Numbered from the stretch's first letter, positions 8,219 through 17,821 are shown. The stretch is DNA of 64,000 nt from a virus (IMGVR_UViG_3300022719_000071:256001-320000), one strand, 5' to 3'. The notes: generated by a model from the letters alone, not told the origin. A program made the numbers and translations.

Positions 8219-11013
8219 TCGATGGACGTGTTCATGTTTCGTCCTACAATAATCAAGGTGAGAGGCAGATAACCACTCATTTACCTCCGTACGTCTTCTA
8301 CTATGAAGATAACAATGGCACTCACAAGTCCATCTACGGTGACTCTCTCAAGCAAAAGAGGTTTACTGATCGCAACAAATTCTACAGGGAACTTGAACGT
8401 ACTAAGGCTAGAAGCTTGGTATTCGAATCCGATGTTAACCCTGTCTTTCGTTTGTTGGAAGAACGCTTTCCAAACAACGACACTCCACCGTTGAATATCT
8501 CGTTCATTGACATCGAGTGTGATAAGGATCCATCACGTGGATGGTCCAACGTATCTGATCCATATGCCATTGTCAATGCCATCACTGTCTACAACAAGTG
8601 GCAAGACCAATACTACACCATCGCCGTTGCCCCACCGACATTGACCCGTGATCAAGGAGAAGCGTTACTTGCTGATGATTCCATTGATGATGGGTTTGGA
8701 TCTATGACTATGGACGAGGGATACTTTGTTGTTCATAGCGAAGCTGATTTGTTATCCGCCTTCCTAGACCTAATCCAAGATGCTGATGTGCTTACAGGGT
8801 GGAACAGCACATTTTTTGATCTACCCTATATCATTCAGCGCATTCGTATTGTTTTGGGTGGTGAGAAAATCGACAAGATACGAAAGGAGGATGGAAGTGA
8901 AAATAATCCATTCCGTCCATCTGACCGTAGCAAACCACATCTGGAAAGGCTGAACCTATTCAAGTGTCAACCAGAGATGCGTATGGTGGAAAGGTTTGGT
9001 AACGCAGAGAAGAGCTTCCTGATTTTCGGTCGGGTGCATTTGGATTATCTGGAGCTATACCGCAAGTTCACCTTCGAGGAACTTCACAGCTACACACTCG
9101 ATGCCATTCTAAAAAAAGAGGTTGACCAGACCAAGGTTGTTTACGAAGGATCGCTTGATCAGCTATACCGCAACGATTTTAGAACATTTGTTGCGTATAA
9201 CCGCCAGGACGTTGCTGGTCTTCATCACATGGATGACAAGCTGAAGATGATTGAACTTGCAAACACGATGGTTCATATGGCTGGAGTAACCTTCGATAAG
9301 GTGTTTGGCTCCGTGGCCATCATCGAGCAAGCCATTCTCAAAGAACTTCATAGACAAAACATGATTTGCTTCGACCGTGATGTGACTGATAAGCACGAAA
9401 CTGTCCCTGGTGCTTTTGTCATTGATCCTGAAAAGGGATTGTACGAATGGGTATGCTCGTTCGATATCAACTCTCTGTACCCATCGGTTATTCGTGCTCT
9501 GAATATTAGTCCGGAGTGTGTAGTAGGTCAGTTAGATTTGTCCGAGACTGAGGAGAAGTTATCACACCACGTCGCATCCGGAATGACAGCAACAGAAGCT
9601 TGGGGTCAGTTTACTGGTGTTTTGGAGTATCATCACATCATTGATGAAACTGATGACATGGTGACGTTGTGTCTCGAAGGAACAGATGGAGAAATCACAG
9701 CTTCGGCTAAAGAATGGAAGAAGAGGATTAGGCAGAACGGATGGGGCATCAGTGCCAATGGCACGGTGTTTGAACTGGACCGTGAAGGCATTGTTCCATA
9801 CTGCTTGACTAAGTGGTACAAGCAACGTGTGGAATGGAAGAACGAGGCCAAGAAGTATGGTATGGCCCAGGTTAATGAGAAGGATAAGGACAAGCTTTCT
9901 GAATTGAAGGCTCAAGAAAAATACTATGACATGATCCAGTTGGTCATGAAGATCTTCTTGAACTCAACGTACGGAGCTTATCTGAACCGGTTCTTCCGCT
10001 TCTACGATCCAAGGCTAGGTAAGAGCGTAACACTCACCGGACGTGTGATCACCAAGCACATGTGTCGATACGCCAGCAAGCTAATGACCGGAAACTATGA
10101 ATTCGATCAAAGAGCAGTTATCTATGGTGACACGGACAGCACGTATTGCACACTCAAGTGGTACATGTCCAAGAATGGAATTGAACCCACTGTAGAAAAC
10201 GCAGTAAAGATTTCCGATTGTATAGGGGAAGAGATCAACTCATCGTTCCCTGACTTCATGGATGAGAGTACCATGATCGGAAGAAGGCGTGGAAAAATCA
10301 TTGAAGCCGGTCGAGAAGTTGTTGGTCGCCGTGGTCTCTTCAAGGACAAGAAGAAGAGATACGCCATTCACGTTGTAGACCTGGAAGGCAAGCCCGTAGA
10401 CAAGATGAAGATCATGGGCATGGAGATGCGTCGAAGTGATACTCCTGTTATCATCCAGGACTTCTTAACGGATTGCGTCACTGCTGTTGTTCGTGATGAT
10501 AAAGACTACGAAGAAATCCGTAGTATGGTTGACGAATTTCGTGAGAATGTATTCCGTAAGCTACCTGAATGGAAACGTGGTACCCCTGGTCGTGTGTCCA
10601 AGCTTGCATTCAACTCCAGGCGTCTACGTGCATACAACGAAGCCAAGGCACAACAAATTGTCAACGTGGCAAAGCCCAATGTACACTACTCAGTGATTGC
10701 GGCTAACAACACAAACCTTCTGATGGAGCAGAACAAAGAGCACCGATGGGACATCATTCGAGACGGTGACAAGATTGAAGTGTTGTATCTAAAGCCTAAT
10801 CCGTTCAACATGAATGCCGTAGCCATCAAAGTGGGAGAGACGTACGTCCCGAAGTGGTTTCAGGAACTTCCCTTTGATAACGAAAGGCATGAGAAAAAGA
10901 TGATCAACCAGAAGATGGACAACGTTCTTGGCAGCATCATGAATTGGTCATTCGAACCTATCACAGATTTTCGTGACGAAGTGTTTAAGGAAGTAGATTT
11001 GCTAGCGCTATAG
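8197..11013 (+). CDS. Family B DNA polymerase with 3'-5' exonuclease
   Basis: Exo I DIE, Exo II GWNSTFFD, Exo III YNRQD; pol motifs SFDINSLYPS, KIFLNSTYG, YGDTDS. Confidence 0.97.
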   Translation: MYVDAKLIDGRVHVSSYNNQGERQITTHLPPYVFYYEDNNGTHKSIYGDSLKQKRFTDRNKFYRELERTKARSLVFESDVNPVFRLLEERFPNNDTPPLNISFIDIECDKDPSRGWSNVSDPYAIVNAITVYNKWQDQYYTIAVAPPTLTRDQGEALLADDSIDDGFGSMTMDEGYFVVHSEADLLSAFLDLIQDADVLTGWNSTFFDLPYIIQRIRIVLGGEKIDKIRKEDGSENNPFRPSDRSKPHLERLNLFKCQPEMRMVERFGNAEKSFLIFGRVHLDYLELYRKFTFEELHSYTLDAILKKEVDQTKVVYEGSLDQLYRNDFRTFVAYNRQDVAGLHHMDDKLKMIELANTMVHMAGVTFDKVFGSVAIIEQAILKELHRQNMICFDRDVTDKHETVPGAFVIDPEKGLYEWVCSFDINSLYPSVIRALNISPECVVGQLDLSETEEKLSHHVASGMTATEAWGQFTGVLEYHHIIDETDDMVTLCLEGTDGEITASAKEWKKRIRQNGWGISANGTVFELDREGIVPYCLTKWYKQRVEWKNEAKKYGMAQVNEKDKDKLSELKAQEKYYDMIQLVMKIFLNSTYGAYLNRFFRFYDPRLGKSVTLTGRVITKHMCRYASKLMTGNYEFDQRAVIYGDTDSTYCTLKWYMSKNGIEPTVENAVKISDCIGEEINSSFPDFMDESTMIGRRRGKIIEAGREVVGRRGLFKDKKKRYAIHVVDLEGKPVDKMKIMGMEMRRSDTPVIIQDFLTDCVTAVVRDDKDYEEIRSMVDEFRENVFRKLPEWKRGTPGRVSKLAFNSRRLRAYNEAKAQQIVNVAKPNVHYSVIAANNTNLLMEQNKEHRWDIIRDGDKIEVLYLKPNPFNMNAVAIKVGETYVPKWFQELPFDNERHEKKMINQKMDNVLGSIMNWSFEPITDFRDEVFKEVDLLAL

Positions 11014-11029
11014 GACTATATTGAACGCT

Positions 11030-11806
11030 ATGAAACTCAAAGACTTACTACCAGACGTTCTTACTGCAACGGAGCGGTTCCGTGATGTTGTCACTCATGT
11101 AATTCTAAAGGACCATGGGGAGAACTCCTTGATCGTCGCAAAGTCGATAGATGGTTCGATTTACATCGGTGGAACCACCACGAGTGAGGTTGAAGACTTT
11201 GAGGACATAGCTTGCCTGGGAAGCCTGGATTTTCTCAAGGCATCTCTTGATGCACCGGCTATGGAGGTTGGCAGCTTGGAGTTGAACATCGACCTATCTG
11301 CTGCTGGGGACGCCAGGGTTGTCCGCTCTATCACTCTATCCGGAAAGGATGGATACAACGTATTCTACCAAGCAGTAGACCCTTTCATCAGTAAGCTGAA
11401 CAAGATTAGTGTAACCAAGGTATCCAGTTGGCCAGTCGTGTTTGCTATTGATCAAACTTTCATGACACGCTTCAACGAAACCATGAAAGTTCACGCTCGT
11501 GCTCCCAAGATTGGCACCGACGAGGACGACATATTTTTGCTCTCTTATGGCGACGGGAAGATTTCTGCTAGCTTCGGTGAGAAGGGACATCAGGTTTCAA
11601 CAACACTGACAGAAGAAGTGGAGATCACTGGAGAAGCCGACAAAGTGACGGCTTTGTTCTCAATCTCGAAGTTCAATTCCATTCTAAAACTGTTGGGTAA
11701 TAAGACTACCATTGGCTATCTAGACAGTAAGGCCATGAAGATAGAGATGAGTACCAAATACGCTGTTTACGAATTCGTTATGACTGCAAAGAGAATGAAG
11801 AAATGA
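11030..11806 (+). CDS. Probable sliding clamp (PCNA/gp45-like)
   Basis: About 258 aa immediately after the polymerase with two-fold beta/alpha pattern; position-based inference. Confidence 0.45.
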   Translation: MKLKDLLPDVLTATERFRDVVTHVILKDHGENSLIVAKSIDGSIYIGGTTTSEVEDFEDIACLGSLDFLKASLDAPAMEVGSLELNIDLSAAGDARVVRSITLSGKDGYNVFYQAVDPFISKLNKISVTKVSSWPVVFAIDQTFMTRFNETMKVHARAPKIGTDEDDIFLLSYGDGKISASFGEKGHQVSTTLTEEVEITGEADKVTALFSISKFNSILKLLGNKTTIGYLDSKAMKIEMSTKYAVYEFVMTAKRMKK

Positions 11807-12300
11807 TGATGTCACTAGAATGGATCATATACAGCGTTTTTCTTCCGGTCGCCTTACTTCTTCTATGTGCGGTAATCCCTCCAATTCGCCGGTTCGTATA
11901 TCAGAAGCCCTGGTTAACAATTCTGATGAAAAACCTGTATACCTTCTTCGGGAAACCATACTTCAAGGTGACCGTATTTCACCATCGTGAGATTGGTCAG
12001 GTTGGGGTAGACGCTCAATACAATATCCACTTTCTCTACCTGTTGGACGGAGCGTATGAAATAGCTGGCGTAGATTACTACAATCGTGGTCTCTCAGAAG
12101 AAGCTAAGATTGCAATCTACATGTATGACACGATGGGTAGCATCGCTGACAATTACATGCCTATGCCCAACATACTACAGGAAGGAATGGATGACGAATA
12201 CATCCCATCAATGTCCATGAGTGATGAATCAATAAAACAAACTGTTGACCTGGGCAAACCAGACAGTAGCGGAACTAGCTTTGATATTGCTAGAGGTTAA
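11803..12300 (+). CDS. Membrane protein
   Basis: N-terminal TM helix. Confidence 0.55.
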   Translation: MMMSLEWIIYSVFLPVALLLLCAVIPPIRRFVYQKPWLTILMKNLYTFFGKPYFKVTVFHHREIGQVGVDAQYNIHFLYLLDGAYEIAGVDYYNRGLSEEAKIAIYMYDTMGSIADNYMPMPNILQEGMDDEYIPSMSMSDESIKQTVDLGKPDSSGTSFDIARG

Positions 12301-12332
12301 TAAATATTCGACAAGGGCTATAGAAAACAACC

Positions 12333-12539
12333 ATGCTGGTATCAAAGAACATTATAAATCGTACACATACTCCACCGCAATCCCTTACTATTGGGGATGC
12401 AGTACGAGTAGTCAATACAAATCAGATTGGCACAGTGGAGTCATATCGTGGGGGTCGCTGGTCAGTTAGGTTGTCCGAAGGAAGCACCATTGAATGCGAT
12501 CTAAGCAATTTAGAAAAAAGGCAACTTCTGGTGGAGTGA
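12333..12539 (+). CDS. Small SH3/KOW-like protein
   Basis: IGDAVRVV...GTV...WSVRL; TAAATA at 12301-12306. Confidence 0.5.
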   Translation: MLVSKNIINRTHTPPQSLTIGDAVRVVNTNQIGTVESYRGGRWSVRLSEGSTIECDLSNLEKRQLLVE

Positions 12540-12586
12540 ACACCCTACCAGGGTGGCGACTTTCCATACACAGAAAGGTACTAAAC

Positions 12587-12949
12587 ATGGCAAGAGAATA
12601 TCATCCATTCCGCTACCAGAACGTCACGTTTATTCGTGCCATTGATGGCGATACAGTAGAGCTTGAAGTTGACCTGGGTTTCAAAACCCGCTATCGTGAT
12701 AACTTTCGCCTAACGGACGTAGATACTCCTGAACGTGGGCGTGAGGGTTTCAGCGAGGCTACTGATTACACTCGTGCTTGGTGCGAGAAGTACCAGGATA
12801 GCGGTATTGAGCTTCATTCTGTTAAGCGTGACAAGTACGGTCGTTGGCTAGCAGTTTTGCGGTCTGTACAGACCGGTGCTGTTCTGAATGATGATCTTAT
12901 CACTGAGGGTCTTGGGGAGGAATACCACGGCGGTAGGCGTTCCTCGTAA
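12587..12949 (+). CDS. Thermonuclease (SNase-like) nuclease
   Basis: RAIDGDT, RLTDVDTPE, DKYGRWLA motifs. Confidence 0.88.
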   Translation: MAREYHPFRYQNVTFIRAIDGDTVELEVDLGFKTRYRDNFRLTDVDTPERGREGFSEATDYTRAWCEKYQDSGIELHSVKRDKYGRWLAVLRSVQTGAVLNDDLITEGLGEEYHGGRRSS

Positions 12950-13008
12950 CTCTTGTCTTGCATTTTTTACCGTGATATATTAGTTTCTTCTAACCAGAGA
13001 AAACTACC

Positions 13009-13164
13009 ATGATGCCTTTGATTTTCGCAATTCTCGGATTTGGAGTAGCCGTTGGCGTGGGGTACCTCATTATCAAGGTTGCCAGTGCTGCGGTGAAACG
13101 GTCTCTGGTTGATCAGGCCAAGAAAGACGCCAAGACCTTCCTGAATAGTCAGAACTTAGAGTAA
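13009..13164 (+). CDS. Small single-TM protein (51 aa)
   Basis: Hand translation MMPLIFAILGFGVAVGVGYLII... Confidence 0.55.
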   Translation: MMPLIFAILGFGVAVGVGYLIIKVASAAVKRSLVDQAKKDAKTFLNSQNLE

Positions 13165-13174
13165 ATAGACATAT

Positions 13175-13251
13175 AGGGGTGTAGCTCAATTAGGCAGAGC
13201 AGCAGTCTCCAAAACTGAAGGTTGGGGGTTCGATTCCCTCCACCCCTGCCA
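13175..13251 (+). tRNA. tRNA-Trp(CCA)
   Basis: Full cloverleaf, loop CT-CCA-AA, TTCGATT, encoded CCA. Confidence 0.95.
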
Positions 13252-13253
13252 AT

Positions 13254-13284
13254 GGGACTCCAAAATGTGTGAATTTGGAGTCCC
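13254..13284 (+). terminator. Hairpin after tRNA-Trp
   Basis: 11-bp perfect stem GGGACTCCAAA/TTTGGAGTCCC. Confidence 0.55.
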
Positions 13285-13539
13285 TTAATAGTAACCTATT
13301 TTCCGCCAACATGCAGGAGTTAACTTTCCTGAAGAAAGTTGATACCATGGTTGCCTTCGTCAGAGGAACCATCCATGATTTGGCATCACCTAGTATGCGG
13401 CCACCGTGGCGCTGGAGAGGCTTGCCGAGGGAGGCTGATCGGAGAGTCTTGACTTCCCTGATTTGCGTACCTACATTGCGTTCTGCAAAGGCTCAATCGA
13501 GTCTTCTTTTTTTGTAAACAATGTAGGAGTAAGACACAC

Positions 13540-13902
13540 ATGCGTTACGTTCTTAATTTCAATCCAGAGGGTTCCGCTACTCTGAGTGAAGGCTATAATG
13601 GCTCTATTGAGTTCAAGAAGCTCCCCAAGGGTCTGAAGAGTGGTGCTGTTACGGCAGTTCGCTTCGCTGACAGCGGCAACGGTGTTGCCCCCCTGACTCC
13701 CCGTGATGAGGTTGGTAACCGTCTGGGTACCGTCATCAACGAGAAGATCGCCCGTGAGGTTGGTCTGAAGGGTCGCAAACGTTACATGCTTAAGCAGGTT
13801 GGTCGCAGTAACTGGTACAACCTCATTCCTCACAGCAACATCGGCAAGAAGGCTCGTCGCATCGATGGCCCTGGCGTGTCCGTGAGCATCATCGAGCGAT
13901 AA
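13540..13902 (+). CDS. Hypothetical basic protein
   Basis: AGGAG SD, highly biased codons, followed by terminator. Confidence 0.75.
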   Translation: MRYVLNFNPEGSATLSEGYNGSIEFKKLPKGLKSGAVTAVRFADSGNGVAPLTPRDEVGNRLGTVINEKIAREVGLKGRKRYMLKQVGRSNWYNLIPHSNIGKKARRIDGPGVSVSIIER

Positions 13903-13929
13903 GCACGTAGTCCACCGGACTATTAGTAC

Positions 13930-13960
13930 GGGACGGGGGCTGCTGCCCCCGTTCTTATTT
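13930..13960 (+). terminator. Intrinsic terminator
   Basis: GGGACGGGGGC-TGCT-GCCCCCGTTCT followed by T-rich tail. Confidence 0.7.
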
Positions 13961-13962
13961 CT

Positions 13963-14229
13963 ATGCCTACAACTGTAGTTCATTGCAAGAAGGAACGCTA
14001 CGATGTCTACATCGGTAGACCATCGAAATGGGGTAATCCTTTCAAAATTGGAAAAGATGGAACCAGAGAACAAGTCATCGAGAAATATCGAGTATGGCTT
14101 GCTGGTCAATGGGATCTCTTGGATAGTATTGACGAGCTAGAAGGAAAGGTGCTAGGTTGTCACTGTAAGCCCCTGGATTGCCATGGGGACGTTCTAGCGG
14201 AGTTGTCCAATGGCAGGCGAAAGGTTTGA
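13963..14229 (+). CDS. DUF4326 domain protein
   Basis: DVYIGRPSKWGNPF...LGCHCKP..CHGDVL consensus. Confidence 0.92.
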   Translation: MPTTVVHCKKERYDVYIGRPSKWGNPFKIGKDGTREQVIEKYRVWLAGQWDLLDSIDELEGKVLGCHCKPLDCHGDVLAELSNGRRKV

Positions 14230-14348
14230 AGTTCGCACATACACTGTGGATGAAGACAGAGACGACAAGACTATAGAAGAGTTCGTTTGTGTCCAAGCCC
14301 AATTCCATTAAGATGAAAAAGTGAGCCGATTACGTCGCAGGAGTTTCA

Positions 14349-15254
14349 ATGAAAAGGCTTCAGTATAACACCACTACAGTCGATGAAGTCCTGGAGTGTG
14401 TCGTGAACGACGGCTACGCTCTCATTGAAAATGTAGCCGATGAGCAAACTCTTGCTGCGATTAAATCAGAGTTGTCCCCACTTCTGAAAAACACTACGGG
14501 GAATAACCCTGAACCATTTCTTGGTGATCACACCAAGAGGTTTGGTCGTTTGGTGTATCGCATGCCTTCGACGCATCCAATCATTCAACATCCGTTGGCT
14601 ATGCATGTATGCGAGGACACCATTGGAAAGTACGCTTGCTCATTCCGTTTGTCTTTTACCGGAATCATGCACGTCATGGCAGGACAGAAAGCACAATCCC
14701 TTCACCGTGATATCACACCGTTCCCGTCTCCAGCACCCACGATGGCAATCGCAACTATGTGGGCTATCACAGATTTCACCCGTGAAAATGGAGCCACTGT
14801 GTTTGTACCTGGAAGCCACAAGTGGGACAATGAGCGTAAGCCAAAAAGAAAAGAGCTTACGTGTGCAGAGATGCCCGCTGGCTCGGTTCTAATCTACGAT
14901 GCCGCTCTCATCCATGGTGCCGGAAAGTGTGTAACCGGAGAGAGAACCGGACTAAGCCTCCAGTACAAGGTTGGCTGGTTACGTCAAGAGGAGAACCAGT
15001 ATCTAGCTACTCCTTTGGAGTTTGCCAAGACACTACCAGAGAGCATGCAACGTCTCATCGGATACGACCTTGCGGCACGTCATTGGGGTGCAGTTGACCA
15101 GCAGCATCCCCTGGACTTCTTGAATGGTGACAATCGAGTTGGTACACTGGAGCCACCTGGATACGATTACGAGAATCGAGTGGTGGAACTAGAAGCCAAG
15201 GAACGTGGATTGTCTACCAAGACACGTTTCGACGTAACTCTTGACAATGAGTAA
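14349..15254 (+). CDS. Phytanoyl-CoA dioxygenase (PhyH) family 2OG-Fe(II) oxygenase
   Basis: LHRD (HxD), WAITDFTRENGATVFVPGSH, IHGAG. Confidence 0.9.
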   Translation: MKRLQYNTTTVDEVLECVVNDGYALIENVADEQTLAAIKSELSPLLKNTTGNNPEPFLGDHTKRFGRLVYRMPSTHPIIQHPLAMHVCEDTIGKYACSFRLSFTGIMHVMAGQKAQSLHRDITPFPSPAPTMAIATMWAITDFTRENGATVFVPGSHKWDNERKPKRKELTCAEMPAGSVLIYDAALIHGAGKCVTGERTGLSLQYKVGWLRQEENQYLATPLEFAKTLPESMQRLIGYDLAARHWGAVDQQHPLDFLNGDNRVGTLEPPGYDYENRVVELEAKERGLSTKTRFDVTLDNE

Positions 15255-15271
15255 AGAATGGTAAATAATAT

Positions 15272-15521
15272 CATTGCTGTAAACGTGGGCAAAAGCAGGA
15301 GCCTGTCGAAAGCGGGGAATAAACCCTAGTCTATCACGAGCACAGGGTGGCCATGCGGTGCGAAGAACACGTGATGATCCAAGCGGTGAACCCGAAGGGT
15401 AGCGTGACCGACCGAGCGGAGCCGGAAAACTATACGTAAGCCCGATGGCGCTGACGGTAGGCAATCGGTAGAATCGTTGCCGGGAATAGTAGATCCGGTA
15501 CAGCAATGTTGCTCCACAGGC
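15272..15521 (+). ncRNA. Candidate structured non-coding RNA of unknown family
   Basis: GC-rich intergenic block after TTGACA (15241); 9-bp long-range helix 15272-80/15500-08 and several internal hairpins. Confidence 0.45.
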
Positions 15522-15544
15522 ATAGATAACGATGTAAAGCCAAT

Positions 15545-15619
15545 GCCGATGTAGTTTAGTTGGTAAAACCGGGCACTCGTAACGCTCAGTCGTCAGTTCG
15601 ATTCTGACCATCGGCTCCA
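15545..15619 (+). tRNA. tRNA-Thr(CGT)
   Basis: GCCGATG/CATCGGC acceptor, CT-CGT-AA loop, encoded CCA. Confidence 0.9.
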
Positions 15620-15800
15620 AGTAGAATTGTTGAAGTCAGCAAAGGCGAATCATGGCACAGGATTGACATGATGTACCTACGTCTCGGTGAACGAGTCCTA
15701 TCCCTACACATATCGCACATCGGATGGTATAAAGATTGTGGACGTTGAAGCGTAACAGACATAAAGCCCAGGTAGTGGAAATTGAATCGTATCTCCTGAC

Positions 15801-16034
15801 ATGCCCAAGATTACCGCATACCTCAGCATCTTCGAGCAAAAGCTTGAAAAGATTCGTCACGATATCAAGAAGGCAGAGAAAGAGAAGAAACCCGACCTTG
15901 AGCGACTTCGTAAAGAAGCCAAGAAGCTAGAAGATCTCGTGGGTGAAATGAAAGAAAAGAATAGGGTCAATATTGAATGTCCGAAGTGTGGTGAGAGATT
16001 CCGTACTCCAATCGAAAATGTGAAAATAAAGTAA
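15801..16034 (+). CDS. Coiled-coil protein with C-terminal zinc ribbon
   Basis: IECPKCGERF. Confidence 0.6.
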   Translation: MPKITAYLSIFEQKLEKIRHDIKKAEKEKKPDLERLRKEAKKLEDLVGEMKEKNRVNIECPKCGERFRTPIENVKIK

Positions 16035-16357
16035 TGTACCCGTATGAATCCCTTGATGTGGAGGACAAAGGTTACGACGGTTCACCTATTCGGTATCTCC
16101 TCTGCCACAGCGAATTCTGGCCATCCACGGACAACATAGATCAAGCAGAGTTTGTGGTCAGGGTGACACCGGAACAGGATTTTTCTTTCCAGGTTTGGGA
16201 AATATCCACATATGTGTTTTTCTCCGAGATACCTGATGTTAAGGATATCCCCTTCTGTGTCACGGAACTAAAAGATTATCAAATAGGTTTAATAGAGGCA
16301 TTCGAATTGTTGACGATCTATGACGTTCGGGCTGATAAGATGCAGGGTAGTGGTTGA
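16034..16357 (+). CDS. Hypothetical protein
   Basis: TAATG-coupled ORF. Confidence 0.55.
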   Translation: MYPYESLDVEDKGYDGSPIRYLLCHSEFWPSTDNIDQAEFVVRVTPEQDFSFQVWEISTYVFFSEIPDVKDIPFCVTELKDYQIGLIEAFELLTIYDVRADKMQGSG

Positions 16358-16442
16358 AATTCTTGACTTCTTTCTGAACCAGTGCTAAATATACTGCACA
16401 GTATTTGCCCTTGTGGCTCAAGTCCATTCATAGCAGGCGTAT

Positions 16443-16528
16443 GGGGTTGTGGTGGAATGGCAGACACGGCGGACTTAAAATCCGTTGACCGCAAGGTCGT
16501 GTGGGTTCGAATCCCTCCAGCCCTACCA
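16443..16528 (+). tRNA. tRNA-Leu(TAA)
   Basis: Class II cloverleaf, CT-TAA-AA loop, CCA. Confidence 0.95.
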
Positions 16529-16595
16529 ATTAGATGATATGGTTTCAGAACCTATTGACATTGGATGTAAATAGAGTTAATATACTAACATATTG

Positions 16596-16657
16596 GGGGT
16601 CGTAGCTCAGTCTGGTAGAGCGATAGGTTGAAGCCCTGTGCGACGGTGGTTCCTACC
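16596..16657 (+). pseudogene. Truncated tRNA-Phe(GAA)-like sequence
   Basis: Good D arm and anticodon arm; T loop reduced to TTC; no 3' acceptor strand. Confidence 0.7.
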
Positions 16658-16669
16658 ATAAAGGAGAAT

Positions 16670-16765
16670 ATGCATGCGGTACTCGGTGGCTTAGAAGATA
16701 TTGAGTATGGTTCATGGATACTGGCCTCATCCGAGGTTAAGTCTGTGAAAGTAGAAGCGGGATAA
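16670..16765 (+). CDS. Possible 31-aa peptide (MHAVLGGLEDIEYGSW...)
   Basis: AAGGAG at 16661-66 then ATG; could instead be part of a structured RNA. Confidence 0.35.
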   Translation: MHAVLGGLEDIEYGSWILASSEVKSVKVEAG

Positions 16766-16963
16766 ACTCCGTGGAATGAGTGATACACAATGGACTACTG
16801 AGTTGCCATCCCGAAAGGGGGAGGAGCATGCCGCTACAGATTGTCTAGATGCAAGTATGACGCCTGTAGTGTTTAGATTAGGACGTGACCAAAATTGAAA
16901 TGCGGTTATCTCTTGAGTATGGATTCACGTTGCTTACAACTATGCTCGGGAGATAATATCTTA

Positions 16964-17039
16964 GCCATCATGGCGCAATTGGAAGCGCAGTTCCCTTGTA
17001 AGGAAAAGGTTGTGGGTTCGACTCCCTCTGATGGCTCCA
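16964..17039 (+). tRNA. tRNA-Thr(TGT)
   Basis: Cloverleaf, CT-TGT-AA, CCA. Confidence 0.93.
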
Positions 17040-17041
17040 AT

Positions 17042-17127
17042 GCCCAGGTGGTGGAAACAGGTAGACACGCTGTCCTCAGAAGGCAGTGCCATATGGCGTG
17101 AAGGTTCGAATCCTTTCCTGGGCACCA
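17042..17127 (+). tRNA. tRNA-Leu(CAG)
   Basis: Class II cloverleaf, CT-CAG-AA, CCA. Confidence 0.95.
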
Positions 17128-17156
17128 TTTCATTTTGAATCGTAGGAAATGAAATT

Positions 17157-17574
17157 ATGGACCCGATTATTATAATGGGTCTTTTGTTGACCAAACACCT
17201 AGTGTTTGATTTCTTCCTTCAAAGTCCATTCCAATACCTCAATAAAGGAACCGACGGGCAATCCGGGCGGGATTCTTCACGCTTCGATGCACGGCTTCTG
17301 GTCGTTTCTTCTACTTGCAAGCATCACGGTACACCTAGATATTCCTTCTGCTATGCCTATGGTTTGGTTTATATGCTTCTTAGAAGGCATCATTCACTAT
17401 CACATGGATTGGTTCAAGATCTGATGGTGCAAACGACAGAACTACAAGCCCCATACTGACCTCGGTTGCAACCTCAAACAAGCTCACTGGTGGTGGGTAG
17501 GAATTGATCAATAAATGCATCTGATGTGCTACTTGGGAATGACCTGGGCTATGGTGAAACTTCTTAGCCCTTGA
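17157..17574 (+). pseudogene. DUF3307-like membrane protein pseudogene
   Basis: KHLVFDFFLQ...GGILHASMH...IHYHMDWFK...WWVGIDQ*MHLMCY; one frameshift near 17255 and in-frame TGA and TAA. Confidence 0.7.
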
Positions 17575-17609
17575 CAATGCGCCCGTAAATAGATAGGTTA
17601 TTAACAATT

Positions 17610-17698
17610 GGAAGAGTGCCGGAGTTGGTCAAACGGGCCTCCCTGCTAAGGAGTGCGTCCTTCGGGGCACGAGAGTTCGAATCTCTCCTCTTCCGCCA
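17610..17698 (+). tRNA. tRNA-Ser(GCT)
   Basis: Long variable arm, CT-GCT-AA, G73-CCA. Confidence 0.95.
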
Positions 17699-17720
17699 CA
17701 TGTGAAGAAAACTACACTGA

Positions 17721-17814
17721 AGTGGGTTGCAGGAGATAGGACAAACTGGCCTCCCTGGAAAGGAGTGCGTCGGTGAAAATCGGCACGAGGGTTCGAATCC
17801 CTCACCCACTGCCA
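17721..17814 (+). tRNA. tRNA-Ser(GGA)
   Basis: Long variable arm, CT-GGA-AA, G73-CCA. Confidence 0.93.
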
Positions 17815-17821
17815 ACAATAA

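Noticed and set aside
16652-16956. RNase P RNA, tmRNA or group I intron
   Set aside because: Only partial words match; there is no CR-V/P4 partner, no tag reading frame with a T-arm-CCA end, and no P7 or 3' exon.
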